Shown here: positions 35,550 through 45,737 of the stretch, piece by piece
How the letters are laid out: each line of letters begins with the position of its first letter
How positions within the stretch are numbered: the stretch's first letter is position 1
Assembly (NCBI GenBank): GCA_034440455.1
Contig: JAWXCB010000066.1
Location: forward strand, 2,807 to 66,806
Direction of reading: 5' to 3'
Source of the DNA: Chitinophagales bacterium
GTDB taxonomy: Bacteria; Bacteroidota; Bacteroidia; Chitinophagales; CAIOSU01
Length of the DNA stretch: 64,000 nt
The notes under the pieces: model-generated
The model's database searches: none
The model's input: the letters and a program-made list of their open reading frames with translations, nothing else
Told to the model about the DNA's origin: nothing
Position numbers and translations under genes: made by a program

Positions 35550-36356
35550 ATGAGAAATCTTGCAATTTTCTTTGAATCTGAAAAAGGAAAGCGCCTTAAA
35601 AACATGATTATCGGTGTAGGTGCTGCCGTGGTGATGATGGGTGCATTGTTTAAATTGGAATCATGGCCTGGTGCGAGTCAAATGTTGATTGCCGGTCTTA
35701 GTGTAGAAGCATTCATCTTCATGTTGCAAGGGATATTGCCCCCGCACAAAGATTATTACTGGGAGAAGGTTTACCCTGACCTTGATGTTGCTCCTGAGTT
35801 GGAAGGCGGTGCAGGAGCGCATGGTTTTAAAAAATCTATTACTGAAGAATTAGACAGCATGTTAGAGAAATCCAACGTGGAGTCAAAGTTGATTGAAAGA
35901 CTTGGCGCAAATTTGGGTAAATTAGGAAGCAGTGTTGAGAAAATGGCTGAAATGGGAGATGTGTCCGCAGCAACTTCTCAATATGCGGCTAAAGCTAAAG
36001 AAGCTACTATTGCATTGAGCAGTATGAAAGACGCATATGTTGGCGCAACCAGTTCAATTACTGCGCTTGCAGGCGCTGCTGGGGATGTTAAGAATTTTCA
36101 TACGCAGATGCAGTTGGTTACAAAAAACTTATCGTCTTTGAACTCAATCTACGAAGTGGAATTGCAAGATGCTACTAAACACATTTCGGTAATTAATAAA
36201 TTCTACGGAACACTTGTTGATACAACTGAAAACCTTAAAGGTTCGGCTAATGATGCGAAGGCTGCTAAAGAACAGATGAGCAAACTTGCCGGCAACTTAG
36301 CATCCTTGAATGCAGTTTACGGCAATATGTTATCGGCAATGGCTGTAAGACAATAA
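35550..36356 (+). CDS. gldL: gliding motility/T9SS motor protein GldL
   Basis: Two N-terminal TM helices (GVGAAVVMMGALFKLESWPGA...AGLSVEAFIFML) and a YPDL segment. Position within gldKLMN. Confidence 0.8.
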   Translation: MRNLAIFFESEKGKRLKNMIIGVGAAVVMMGALFKLESWPGASQMLIAGLSVEAFIFMLQGILPPHKDYYWEKVYPDLDVAPELEGGAGAHGFKKSITEELDSMLEKSNVESKLIERLGANLGKLGSSVEKMAEMGDVSAATSQYAAKAKEATIALSSMKDAYVGATSSITALAGAAGDVKNFHTQMQLVTKNLSSLNSIYEVELQDATKHISVINKFYGTLVDTTENLKGSANDAKAAKEQMSKLAGNLASLNAVYGNMLSAMAVRQ

Positions 36357-36414
36357 GGATTAAAGCACTTCGTTTAGAAATAATTTCCCCACTTAAAAAA
36401 AATTCTGAAAAGAA

Positions 36415-38061
36415 ATGGGTATTCCTAAAGAGCCACGGCAACAGATGATCAACATGATGTATCTGGTGCTCACCGCCCTTCTCGCACTGAACATCTCTGC
36501 CGAAGTGTTGAACGCTTTTAAACTTGTAAGCGATGGCATGCAAACAAGCAACAATGCGATTGACAAGAAGAACTTTTCTTTGATGGACGCATTTCAAAGA
36601 CAAAGTGATAATGACAAAGATAAAACCGCCAAGTATATTCGCGATGCTAAAAAAGCCATGATATATTCGGATCAGTTTGTCGTAAATGTGCAATCCATAA
36701 GAGATTTGGTGATTAAGAAGAGTGGTGGGTTTATTGATAATGATAGTATATCCGGTGAGTTAAAAGGCAAGCGCAATTACGATGTGCCGACACGATTATT
36801 AGTTGATGAAGAAAATGGACGTAACTTGAAAGCTGCAATTACAGCACTAAGAGATTCGTTGCTTGCTCTTCCTGCTTTAGATCAAGCTGATAAAGATGCG
36901 CTTTCAAAACAATTTACTCTCAGTACGGAATATAATGAGAGTGCTGCAAAGAAATTAGGCAAAAAAAGTTGGGAAGAATATCTTTTTGACCACGTTCCCG
37001 TTATTGCTGTAAATACAATTCTCACTAAATTTCAGGGAGATGCAAAAAATTCATCCGGTTTGGTAGTTGAAACGCTTTACAAGAAGATTGGTGCTGCTGA
37101 TTACAAATTCGATGCGCTTTCTGCCAAAGTAATTGCGCCCAGTAGTTATGTGCTTGCCGGTCAGGAATATAAAGCAGACATTTTCGTTTCTGCAACAAGT
37201 TCAACTCAAAATCCCGAAGTTTTTCTTGGATCTTTCGATCCGAAATTTAATTTGAATACAAAAGCGGTAGGTCCACTTCCTAAGTTGGAAGAAAATCCTT
37301 TGAAGCCAGGCTTTGAAACAGTCCCTGTGAGTGGTGGAATGGGTCTATATTCGGATAAATCGTCTGCGGTAGGGATGAAAGAAAAAACGGGTGTTATTAA
37401 AGTAAAGAAGCCACAAGGCGATGGTTATGATTATTACCCGTTTAAATTAGAATACCAAATTGCGGAAGCGGGTCTTGTAGTTTCTCCCGATAAGATGAAC
37501 GTGTTCTATATTGGCGTAGATAATCCTGTATCTGTTTCAGTTCCTGGATTTCCGGCTGATAAGGTAACTGCTGCGTTTAATAAAAACGGAACACTCAAGC
37601 AAGTAAAGCCCGGTAACTTCATTGCAAATGTTACAACTGTAGATTTAAAAGGAGAAACAGAAGTTCAGGTGTATGTTCAAACACCTGATGGTTCAAAAAA
37701 AATGATGGGTTCAAAGCCTTTCCGTATCAAACGCGTTCCGGATCCGACTGCTATGATTGGTCCTGATAAAGGGGGTAGCGTAAAAGCTCCAAACTTCAAA
37801 GTACAAAAGGGGATGCAAGCGGTGCTTGAAAATTTTGATTTTGATATTCGTTTTAATATCGTGAGTTTTGAAATGACTTATGCTGCCGCTCGTCAGGATT
37901 TGTTGAGTACCTCAACGGACGGTCCACTTTTTTCACAAAAGATGACTGATTATCTTTCAAAGGCTAAACCGGGAGATGTTTTTTACTTTGATAAAATCAA
38001 AGCGAAAGGTCCTGATGGAACTATCAGAAATCTTCCTGGTATTGTGTTCAAATTAATGTAA
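36415..38061 (+). CDS. gldM: gliding motility/T9SS protein GldM
   Basis: N-terminal PRQQMINMMYLVLTALLALNIS signature and a length of 548 aa. Confidence 0.85.
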   Translation: MGIPKEPRQQMINMMYLVLTALLALNISAEVLNAFKLVSDGMQTSNNAIDKKNFSLMDAFQRQSDNDKDKTAKYIRDAKKAMIYSDQFVVNVQSIRDLVIKKSGGFIDNDSISGELKGKRNYDVPTRLLVDEENGRNLKAAITALRDSLLALPALDQADKDALSKQFTLSTEYNESAAKKLGKKSWEEYLFDHVPVIAVNTILTKFQGDAKNSSGLVVETLYKKIGAADYKFDALSAKVIAPSSYVLAGQEYKADIFVSATSSTQNPEVFLGSFDPKFNLNTKAVGPLPKLEENPLKPGFETVPVSGGMGLYSDKSSAVGMKEKTGVIKVKKPQGDGYDYYPFKLEYQIAEAGLVVSPDKMNVFYIGVDNPVSVSVPGFPADKVTAAFNKNGTLKQVKPGNFIANVTTVDLKGETEVQVYVQTPDGSKKMMGSKPFRIKRVPDPTAMIGPDKGGSVKAPNFKVQKGMQAVLENFDFDIRFNIVSFEMTYAAARQDLLSTSTDGPLFSQKMTDYLSKAKPGDVFYFDKIKAKGPDGTIRNLPGIVFKLM

Positions 38062-38073
38062 AAATTATTGAGT

Positions 38074-38901
38074 ATGAAATTACTTACATCAGCTTTTTTG
38101 ATTTCAATTTTGATTGTTTCAAGTTTGTTTGCGCAGACGGTACAATCACAAACTCCCAGAGATGGAGCTTATGATGAGGTTACCATTGAAGAAAGACAGA
38201 TTGTTCCTTATGACCATATTCGTGAAGCTGACGTGTTTTGGTCAAAAAGGATTTGGAGAGTTGTTGATACTCGTGAAAAAATGAATCTCTCGTTCAAGTA
38301 TCCTAAACAATATTTGGTAGATATCCTTAGGAAAAATGCTATGGAGGGAGTTATTACAGTGTATGACCCGATTGATGATGAGTTCACAAGACCAAATACA
38401 CCTGATGAGGTTGCAAAATTGGGAGTAGGTGAAGCGGATACAATTCGCGTAATTGACCCGGTTACGCTCGAAGAAAAAATTGAAATTACAAAACCTGAAT
38501 TTGATGCCAATAAGGTTACCAAATTCAGAATAAAAGAAGATTGGATTTTTGATGAAGAAACTTCTACGATGGTTGTCCGCATTATCGGAATTGCTCCTAT
38601 CATGGAAGAATATAACTCAGATGGTTCATTCCGAGGTGATAAGGTGTTGTTTTGGGCTTATTATCCGGAACTGCGCCCTGTGTTAGCTAAGTATCAGGTG
38701 TTCAATAACCAGAATGATGCCGTTACCATCAGTTGGGAAGACCTCTTTGAGATGCGCTATTTTTCCAGCTACATTTACAAAGAATCAAATGTGCATGATC
38801 GCAGAGTGCAGGATTACGTTTCAGGCGTGGATGCATTACTCGAATCAGACAATATCAAGAACAAGATTTTTACCTTCGAGCATGACCTTTGGTCATACTG
38901 A
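38074..38901 (+). CDS. gldN: gliding motility/T9SS protein GldN
   Basis: Signal peptide, the KRIWRVVDTREKMNLSFKYP segment, and last position in the gldKLMN order. Confidence 0.8.
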   Translation: MKLLTSAFLISILIVSSLFAQTVQSQTPRDGAYDEVTIEERQIVPYDHIREADVFWSKRIWRVVDTREKMNLSFKYPKQYLVDILRKNAMEGVITVYDPIDDEFTRPNTPDEVAKLGVGEADTIRVIDPVTLEEKIEITKPEFDANKVTKFRIKEDWIFDEETSTMVVRIIGIAPIMEEYNSDGSFRGDKVLFWAYYPELRPVLAKYQVFNNQNDAVTISWEDLFEMRYFSSYIYKESNVHDRRVQDYVSGVDALLESDNIKNKIFTFEHDLWSY

Positions 38902-40692
38902 TTTGGTAGCTTGGGCAGAATAGTATTCAATTACTTTCTTCGCCTTCGCAGAACCTATCAATGCGGCAAGTTCATCGAAAGATGCTTGTCGCATTTTTTT
39001 TTCAGAGCGAAATATTTTTAACAACAACTCGCTTGTCTTTTTTCCGATGCCTGTAATCTCTGTCAAGGAAGTTTTTAGTGTAGCATCGTCCCGCTTCTTT
39101 TTATGAAATGTTATTGCAAAACGATGAGTCTCATCCCGTATCTGCTGAACCAATTTCAAAGCCGGTGAGCGCTTATTAATATGGAGCGGCAATGGGTCAT
39201 CGGGGAAATAAATTTCTTCTAATCGCTTTGCAATTCCAGCAAGAGGAATTTTCCCCTCAAGATTTAGTTTTGCTAACGCGCTTCTTGCTGCGCTTAGTTG
39301 TCCTTTTCCTCCATCAATTATGGTAAGTTGTGGAAGCGGTAATTTTTCTTCTACTAATTTGAAATATCTACGGTAAACGACTTCTTCCATTGACGCGAAA
39401 TCATTAGGACCTTCTACAGTTTTAATATTGAAGAGGCGGTAATCTTTTTTTGCTGGTTTGCCATTTTTAAAAACAACAAGCGCTGCAACGGGATTGCTCC
39501 CTTGGAAATTTGAGTTATCAAAACACTCGATATGCACAGGTAACGCGGCAAGGCGAAACTCTTTTTGCAAAATTTCCAGCACAGCTTCACGCTTGGGTCT
39601 GTCTTTATCCGGTTGGTGTGCTTGCTTATAATAAGCGGCATTGGCAGAGGACAGCTCAAGCAGTTTTTTCTTATCTCCACGCTGAGGCACAGTAATACTT
39701 AGTGTTTCATCGGGTAGTGTAATAGGAAAGGGTAGAATCAATTCCATTGAGTTGCTTTCAAATTCTACCCGTAGCGCGGTAATCGCAAAGACTAAAACTT
39801 CTTCAGCGGATTCATTCAGCTTTTTGCGCAGCTCAATGGTTTTTGTTTGGGTGATGCCGCCATTCACTACTTTCAGATAATTTACAAACGCGCTTTGCTC
39901 TTCATTGAGAATTGAAAATACATCTACGTTTTCAATCATGGGGCTGACTACTGTAGATTTGCTCTGGTATTCTTCCAGCAGCGTGATTTTATGCTTAATA
40001 AGATGCGCCTTTTCAAATTTAAAACTTTCAGAAAACTCCTGCATCAGCTTTTTTAAATCGCGCATCACTGCGGAGATATTCCCTCTGAGGATGCTGCGGA
40101 TGTGCGCAATATTTTCGTTGTAAGATTCTTCCGTTTGCTTGCTTTCGCAGGGGCCCAAGCAATTGCCAATGTGATATTCGAGACACACTTTGAATTTGCC
40201 CTCGTTGATTTTGCGTTGAGCAAGGTTGAGATTGCACGTGCGTAAAGGAAAAATATTTTGGAGTAACTGAATGATGCTGCGCACTTTTTTCACAGATGTA
40301 TAGGGACCAAGATACTCGGAGCCGTCCCGGATAAAAGTTCTTGTGAGGAAAATGCGGGGAAAGCGTTCTTTTTTGATACAGATGTGCGGATAGGTCTTAT
40401 CATCGCGCAGTTGAATATTGTATCGAGGCTGGTTTTCTTTAATCAGTAGGTTTTCAAGCAGCAGCGCGTCTTTCTCTGTTTCTACTATCGTGCATTCCAG
40501 GCGTGTTGCTTTCTTTACAAGCGTATAGGTTTTATAGTTGTCGTGGTTTGCTTTGAAATAAGAAGAAACCCGGTTTCGCAGGTTTTTGGCTTTGCCTACA
40601 TAAATCAAAACATCCTGCTCGTCAATGAATTTATAAATGCCGGGCGCGGTGGGGAGGGTAGGCTGAATTTCCCTGAAATCTTCGGCTGTCAT
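38893..40692 (-). CDS. uvrC: excinuclease ABC subunit C
   Basis: GIY-YIG motif (PGIYKFIDEQDVLIYVGKAKNLRNRV), UVR domain, and C-terminal RNase H-like and HhH segments. ATG 40692 is preferred over TTG 40743. There is a 9-nt convergent overlap with gldN. Confidence 0.92.
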   Translation of the reverse strand: MTAEDFREIQPTLPTAPGIYKFIDEQDVLIYVGKAKNLRNRVSSYFKANHDNYKTYTLVKKATRLECTIVETEKDALLLENLLIKENQPRYNIQLRDDKTYPHICIKKERFPRIFLTRTFIRDGSEYLGPYTSVKKVRSIIQLLQNIFPLRTCNLNLAQRKINEGKFKVCLEYHIGNCLGPCESKQTEESYNENIAHIRSILRGNISAVMRDLKKLMQEFSESFKFEKAHLIKHKITLLEEYQSKSTVVSPMIENVDVFSILNEEQSAFVNYLKVVNGGITQTKTIELRKKLNESAEEVLVFAITALRVEFESNSMELILPFPITLPDETLSITVPQRGDKKKLLELSSANAAYYKQAHQPDKDRPKREAVLEILQKEFRLAALPVHIECFDNSNFQGSNPVAALVVFKNGKPAKKDYRLFNIKTVEGPNDFASMEEVVYRRYFKLVEEKLPLPQLTIIDGGKGQLSAARSALAKLNLEGKIPLAGIAKRLEEIYFPDDPLPLHINKRSPALKLVQQIRDETHRFAITFHKKKRDDATLKTSLTEITGIGKKTSELLLKIFRSEKKMRQASFDELAALIGSAKAKKVIEYYSAQATKSV

Positions 40693-40802
40693 GTAAGGTA
40701 AAATTACGAAGAGCGCATTATGCCATCTTTCTGTTTCGCTCAAAAGATACTTTGCTTGCCTAACTCAGAATTATGCGAGGGCATTGAAATGCAAGTGCCT
40801 CT

Positions 40803-41192
40803 TTAATTTTTTTCTTCCGGTTCCTGCGCAAACTTCAGCAGCATCCACGTTTCAAACGCCTTATAAATAATAAAGAGGAGAAAAAATGGTACCACAAACA
40901 TTTTGCTTTCGGGTTTGAATCCAAATAAGAAAACAACAATGAACATGAGGCTTAAAAAAAACTTTAACGCCAGCGTACCCATATAGATATTGAAGAAGAA
41001 GGGCTTTTTGATGCTGCGCGAATTATAATAGCCGGAGACCAATGTGATTGCAAAGAAGAACACCAATGCTGCCCACGTAAACAACCGGAACGGCTGGAAA
41101 AACTCAAATGCAGGCGCACTCAAAATCGAAAGCGCGATGATGAGGACGAACGTGAGCTTCAGGATTTTCTTTACAAAGTTGCGATACTTCAT
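40803..41192 (-). CDS. hypothetical 4-TM membrane protein
   Basis: 129 aa from MKYRNFVKK. The 32 upstream codons of the ORF-track call are translation of a repeat element. Confidence 0.4.
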   Translation of the reverse strand: MKYRNFVKKILKLTFVLIIALSILSAPAFEFFQPFRLFTWAALVFFFAITLVSGYYNSRSIKKPFFFNIYMGTLALKFFLSLMFIVVFLFGFKPESKMFVVPFFLLFIIYKAFETWMLLKFAQEPEEKN

Positions 41193-41210
41193 TGCTGCGT
41201 TTTTCCTTGA

Positions 41211-41286
41211 GTCATGCCGGACTTGTTGCGGCATCCCCACCAAAGGCGTCAATTTTAAGGAGATGGCGGAATAAATTCGCCATGAC
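41211..41286. repeat. dual-hairpin element
   Basis: GTCATGCCGGACTTGTTGCGGCATCCCC, a 20-nt spacer, then GGAGATGGCGGAATAAATTCGCCATGAC. Confidence 0.75.
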
Positions 41287-41292
41287 AAAAAC

Positions 41293-41517
41293 TTACGACT
41301 TCTTCAAAAGGTCTTTCACCGTCAAAACTAATGAAGCGATTACAAAAAAAAGAGAAAGGGTGATAGTAAACACGGGCTTTTCAGTGTTGAATTTTCTATC
41401 AAGCCACTGCCCAAGAAATACCCCGAGTAGAATAGCACCGAGAAACTGGAATGCCATTCCGGAGTATTTGAGGTAGTCGTTAGACGGCTTCTTTTTTGAA
41501 GGCGGAAGATTGCTCAT
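41293..41517 (-). CDS. AtpZ/AtpI-family small membrane protein
   Basis: 74 aa. KKKPSNDYLKYSGMAFQFLGAILLGVFLG pattern and two TM helices. Confidence 0.6.
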   Translation of the reverse strand: MSNLPPSKKKPSNDYLKYSGMAFQFLGAILLGVFLGQWLDRKFNTEKPVFTITLSLFFVIASLVLTVKDLLKKS

Positions 41518-41887
41518 TTTCCATTTGGTAAACGCCCATGCTGCACGTGCCGTTGAAGCGCGCCCCCGCTTCCACTACGAGTTTGGTGGCGATAATATCG
41601 CCCTCAACAAATGCGGTGGCTTTGAGGAAAAGCATGTCTTGCACCGTTACGCGACCTTTCACTGTTCCTGAGATGTCGGCATTCTGGCAACGCAACTCGC
41701 CTTCCAGCTTGCCCTTTTGCCCGATTACCACTTTGGCGCTTGAAATTACATTGCCCTGCACAGAGCCGTCAAGGCGGATGTCGTTGCTGGATTTAATTTC
41801 TCCTTCAATCACCGTTCCTTCGCAAAACTGGTTGGTGGCGTTGGGGTTCTGGGGTTTTGGAGTTTCTTTGGCGTTGAACATGCCCAT
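41480..41887 (-). CDS. bactofilin (polymer-forming cytoskeletal protein)
   Basis: 135 aa. Repetitive beta-helix pattern: G.V.G.I.S...V.I...G.V.G.L.. repeated. Confidence 0.8.
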   Translation of the reverse strand: MGMFNAKETPKPQNPNATNQFCEGTVIEGEIKSSNDIRLDGSVQGNVISSAKVVIGQKGKLEGELRCQNADISGTVKGRVTVQDMLFLKATAFVEGDIIATKLVVEAGARFNGTCSMGVYQMENEQSSAFKKEAV

Positions 41888-41898
41888 CGGAATTTATT

Positions 41899-42765
41899 TT
41901 AAAATACGATGTAATCCTCGGGGTTCACAGGCGAGCCTTCATGCCACAGTTCAAAGTGCAAATGCGGACCTGTTGTCAACTCGCCACTGCTGCCGATAAT
42001 TGCTATTGCGTCACCGGCTTTCACGAAGTTACCTGTTTTCTTTAAAAGAACGGAGTTATGCTTATAGAAGGAAACTAAGTTGTACTCATGCTGAATGCCA
42101 ATGACATATCCTGTTTCCAGCGTCCATGTAGCAAGGATAACGTACCCGTCCATCGCGTTTTTAATCGGAACATCTACAGCAGCCACAATATCAACGCCAA
42201 AATGGTCTTCCTGCGCATTAAAGCCGGAAGTGATGTATCCTAAAAGGGGTGGAAAGAAATTCAACTGCGAAAGCGAGACTTCACCTTTCTTTTGCAGGTT
42301 TGAAAAACTGAGCGAATACCGCTGCTCTTGCTCCATCTCCTCGCGCAGCCGCAATTCTTCTTCTGAAACATTCTCCAGATTTATGGTGTCATAATATCCC
42401 GTTTTCCCGCTCACAATCTGCGCTGCCGTATCAATATTCCCAGTCAGGATATTTCGCATGTTGGTAATCCATAATTCCTGCTGTCGCACCACGCGTTGCA
42501 GCGAATCAGACCGCAATTCCATTTCTACTAAATCTTTTCGCAGATGCACATCGCCATAGCCGGGAATATATTCTTTAAGAGGAGTAAATACGACCAAAGA
42601 AAAGATGGCAGAAACAGTAATTACTAAAATGCTGCTGAACAGCACATACACATTAAACCGATTAAGCCGGAACGATGCGCGCTCTTCAAAGGTCTGGTCA
42701 TCAAGAATCACCAGGCGGTATCTGTTCCGCAACTTGTCCAAAAACCGTTTCTTTTGCTCGCTCAC
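41899..42765 (-). CDS. M23-family peptidoglycan metalloendopeptidase
   Basis: N-terminal membrane anchor and C-terminal LytM motifs (HFGVDI..., GSSGELTTGPHLHFELW). Confidence 0.85.
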   Translation of the reverse strand: MSEQKKRFLDKLRNRYRLVILDDQTFEERASFRLNRFNVYVLFSSILVITVSAIFSLVVFTPLKEYIPGYGDVHLRKDLVEMELRSDSLQRVVRQQELWITNMRNILTGNIDTAAQIVSGKTGYYDTINLENVSEEELRLREEMEQEQRYSLSFSNLQKKGEVSLSQLNFFPPLLGYITSGFNAQEDHFGVDIVAAVDVPIKNAMDGYVILATWTLETGYVIGIQHEYNLVSFYKHNSVLLKKTGNFVKAGDAIAIIGSSGELTTGPHLHFELWHEGSPVNPEDYIVF

Positions 42766-42846
42766 CGTTGATTATCAGATTATTCTTTTGGGAAAAATTA
42801 AAATAATTTTGGTGTTTAGGAGTTTATCAGTGACTAAAAATACCGC

Positions 42847-45657
42847 GTGATCAAGGCAGCCAAAGTACCGTTTTTTTGGGCGATTTTCTTTGCCATTTTA
42901 ATTTCTGTAGGATGTTCCTCCGGGAAAAAGTCGCAAGACCCTTCCCTCGCTGGGCAGGTTTATCATGACATCACCGCCCGCAACAATGCCTACTTCAACG
43001 GCACGCAGAAAATAAAAACCATCCAGAAAAGCATCGAAACATCCTACCAGGATAATTTCGACACCATCCTTGTGTTGCGCACCAACCGCGATCCTGCTAT
43101 GGCAAAAACCTACGGCAGCGATTTGGATGAAGTGGTAAAGAAAGCCTCTGCCGCCATCAAGCGCCACGAACCCAGCAAATGGACGGACGATGCCTATCTG
43201 CTTGTGGGCAAATCTTATTTCCTCAAAGGCGATTATGACGCTGCGCTGGAAACATTCAAGTTCGTGAACACCACCTTCAAAGAAGAGTTGAAGAAATCAG
43301 AGAAGAAAAAAGAGGTGAAGAAAAAAAAGAAGAAAAAATCAAACAGTAAAAAGAAGAAGAGCAGCAAAAAGAAAAAGAAGAAGAAAAAATCAAGCAGCAA
43401 GAAAAATATTCCGATAAAGACAACAAGCACACAGCCGCAACCCACCGCCATAGCTAAAAAGCCCGCAGATGAAAAGAAGAAGTCAAGCTCAGGTTTGTTG
43501 AAGCCTGTGCCCGTGCGCCCGCAGGCATGGGTTTGGCTGGTTGACACTTACACTGAAATAGACAAGTTTAAAGAAGCCGATGCGGTAGTTACGTTTATCG
43601 AAGCCGATGAAGAGTTTCCGAAAAAACTGAAGCGCGAGTTTGAAATATCAAAAGCGCATCTGGCAGTCAAACGCGGCAACTTGGAAAGTGCCATTGAGCC
43701 GCTCACGCAGGCAATTGAATTTACAAAGAAGAAAAAATACAAAGCGCGTTATTACTATGTGCTTGCGCAGATTTATGAAAACACTGCTCAATATCCCAAC
43801 GCGATTACAAATTATCAGGAGGTGTTGAAGAATCGTCCCAAGTTTGATTTGGAGTTTAATGCCAAAATCAGCATCGCGCGTATTGCAAGAAAAGACCGGT
43901 CGCTTTCAACAAATGAAATCACCGTGCTGCTCAAGAAGCTGCTGAAGGATGCCAAGAATCAGGACTTCTTTGACCAGGTGTATTATTCGCTTGCCGAGTT
44001 TGCCCTAAGCCGAGGCAATAAAGAGGAAGCGCTTGATTACCTTGAAAAGTCAGTGAAAAGCTCAACAACCAACGTGCTGCAAAAAGCGCTTTCCTACAAT
44101 AAGATGACAGAGATTTATTTCAACGACCAGTTGTATGTAAAAGCGCAGCCATACTCCGATAGCACGATGGCGATTCTCCCTACCGATTATAAGGGCTTTG
44201 ATGCCATTGCGCAGCGCGATGAAGTGCTGCGCGAGTTGGTGCGCCACTTGCAAACCATTGAAGAGCAGGATAGCATGTTGCGCATCGCCTCCATGACGGA
44301 AGACGAGCGTGAAAAGCTTGTGGATGATATCATCCGCAAGAAAGAAAAAGAGTTGGAAAGAAATGATATTGCTAACGACCCTTCGCAAATTGACCCGATG
44401 GTAAATGATAAGACGAAGCGGGAAGACCCCAATGCAACAGCTTCCACATCAGGATGGTATTTCTATAACGTCAATGCAAAATCAACAGGATTTAACAACT
44501 TCATCAAGCGCTGGGGCAACCGCAATTTAGAAGACGACTGGAGGCGCAACAATAAAAGTTCAGCCGCCTTTGATGATCAGGCAAGTTTCGATGATGACAG
44601 CTTGCAGCAAACAGCGAGCCTCTCCGATGCAAACCTTGATAAAGAAGCATTGCTGAAAGCCATCCCGCTCACCAATGAACAGGTGCAGAGATCCAATGCT
44701 TATATCATTGATGCGCTCTATCGCCTTGGAAATATTTACCGCATTGATTTGAAGAACTACAAAAAAGCGGTGGAGGCTTTTGAAGAATTGCTCAAGCGTT
44801 TCCCCGGCAACAAACATGAGCCGGAAACTTATTACAGCCTTTATCTGCTTCATGCGGAAATGGGCAATGCAGGCAAAGCTGTAGATTACAAAAACAGCTT
44901 GCTCAACAAATATCCCAACAGCCGCTATGCGCAGTATTTATTAAACCCTGATTTGCTTGAAACAGAAAAACGCAAAGACAGAAAGTTGCAGGATTATTAC
45001 AGTGGCGCGTATGAAATGTATCTGAATAATCAGCTTGCAGAAGCACTCGTTACCATCAATCAGGCTGACAGCATTTTTCCGCGTAATGAACTGCAATCAA
45101 AGTTTGCGCTGCTTGAAGCGCAGGTGATTGCAAAAACGCAGGATGTGCCAAAATATCTTGATGCGCTGCAAAGCGTGATTGACGATTTTCCCACCACACC
45201 GGAGCGCAACAAAGCCGAAGAAATTCTCAACTACCTGAAGGTGAAGGAAGATTCTTCTTTCCTTATGCAAATCAACATCAGCGAATACAAATATGATGTG
45301 GATGCCACGCACTTCTTCGTTGCATCTTACAATACCGATTCGGTGAACACAAATAATTTAATCAACGCAGTTGCTTCCTACAACGACCTCAACCGCAGCC
45401 TCGAAGATTTAAAAATCAACTCCGTTGCGCTGGATGATAAACATGCGTTTCTTGTGGTGAAGAGTTTCAAGAACATGAAAACCTCCATCAATTATTACAA
45501 TGCCATTTCCGCCAGCGCAGATACGTTTAAAGATTTCCCACCCGGCACGCTTGAGTTCTGCGTTATCTCCGATGTCAACTTCAACAAAGTAATCATGCAC
45601 TCCGAAATCGAATCCTATTTCAGATTTTTTGAAGCGCGTTACATCACGAATCAATAA
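42847..45657 (+). CDS. large TPR lipoprotein, PorW/SprE-like (tentative)
   Basis: GTG start, lipobox LISVGCSSG, the N-terminal YHDITARNNAYFNG pattern, multiple TPR-like repeats, 936 aa. It contains a Lys/Ser low-complexity insert. Confidence 0.55.
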   Translation: MIKAAKVPFFWAIFFAILISVGCSSGKKSQDPSLAGQVYHDITARNNAYFNGTQKIKTIQKSIETSYQDNFDTILVLRTNRDPAMAKTYGSDLDEVVKKASAAIKRHEPSKWTDDAYLLVGKSYFLKGDYDAALETFKFVNTTFKEELKKSEKKKEVKKKKKKKSNSKKKKSSKKKKKKKKSSSKKNIPIKTTSTQPQPTAIAKKPADEKKKSSSGLLKPVPVRPQAWVWLVDTYTEIDKFKEADAVVTFIEADEEFPKKLKREFEISKAHLAVKRGNLESAIEPLTQAIEFTKKKKYKARYYYVLAQIYENTAQYPNAITNYQEVLKNRPKFDLEFNAKISIARIARKDRSLSTNEITVLLKKLLKDAKNQDFFDQVYYSLAEFALSRGNKEEALDYLEKSVKSSTTNVLQKALSYNKMTEIYFNDQLYVKAQPYSDSTMAILPTDYKGFDAIAQRDEVLRELVRHLQTIEEQDSMLRIASMTEDEREKLVDDIIRKKEKELERNDIANDPSQIDPMVNDKTKREDPNATASTSGWYFYNVNAKSTGFNNFIKRWGNRNLEDDWRRNNKSSAAFDDQASFDDDSLQQTASLSDANLDKEALLKAIPLTNEQVQRSNAYIIDALYRLGNIYRIDLKNYKKAVEAFEELLKRFPGNKHEPETYYSLYLLHAEMGNAGKAVDYKNSLLNKYPNSRYAQYLLNPDLLETEKRKDRKLQDYYSGAYEMYLNNQLAEALVTINQADSIFPRNELQSKFALLEAQVIAKTQDVPKYLDALQSVIDDFPTTPERNKAEEILNYLKVKEDSSFLMQINISEYKYDVDATHFFVASYNTDSVNTNNLINAVASYNDLNRSLEDLKINSVALDDKHAFLVVKSFKNMKTSINYYNAISASADTFKDFPPGTLEFCVISDVNFNKVIMHSEIESYFRFFEARYITNQ

Positions 45658-45703
45658 AGTGAATAGAATTTTTCTTGCTTTTGGAAAAGCGTTACAGTTT
45701 GGA

Positions 45704-45737
45704 CTCCCTCGCCCTTGGGAGAGGGGCGGGGTGAGGC
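45704..45737. repeat. CCCTC...GGTGAGGC family repeat flanked by a 10-bp direct repeat
   Basis: CTCCCTCGCCCTTGGGAGAGGGGCGGGGTGAGGC. AAGCGTTACA occurs at 45687-45696 and again at 45747-45756. Confidence 0.7.

Noticed and set aside
43233-43547. 104-aa minus-strand ORF rich in poly-Phe
   Set aside because: It is the antisense translation of the poly-Lys tract of the TPR lipoprotein gene.
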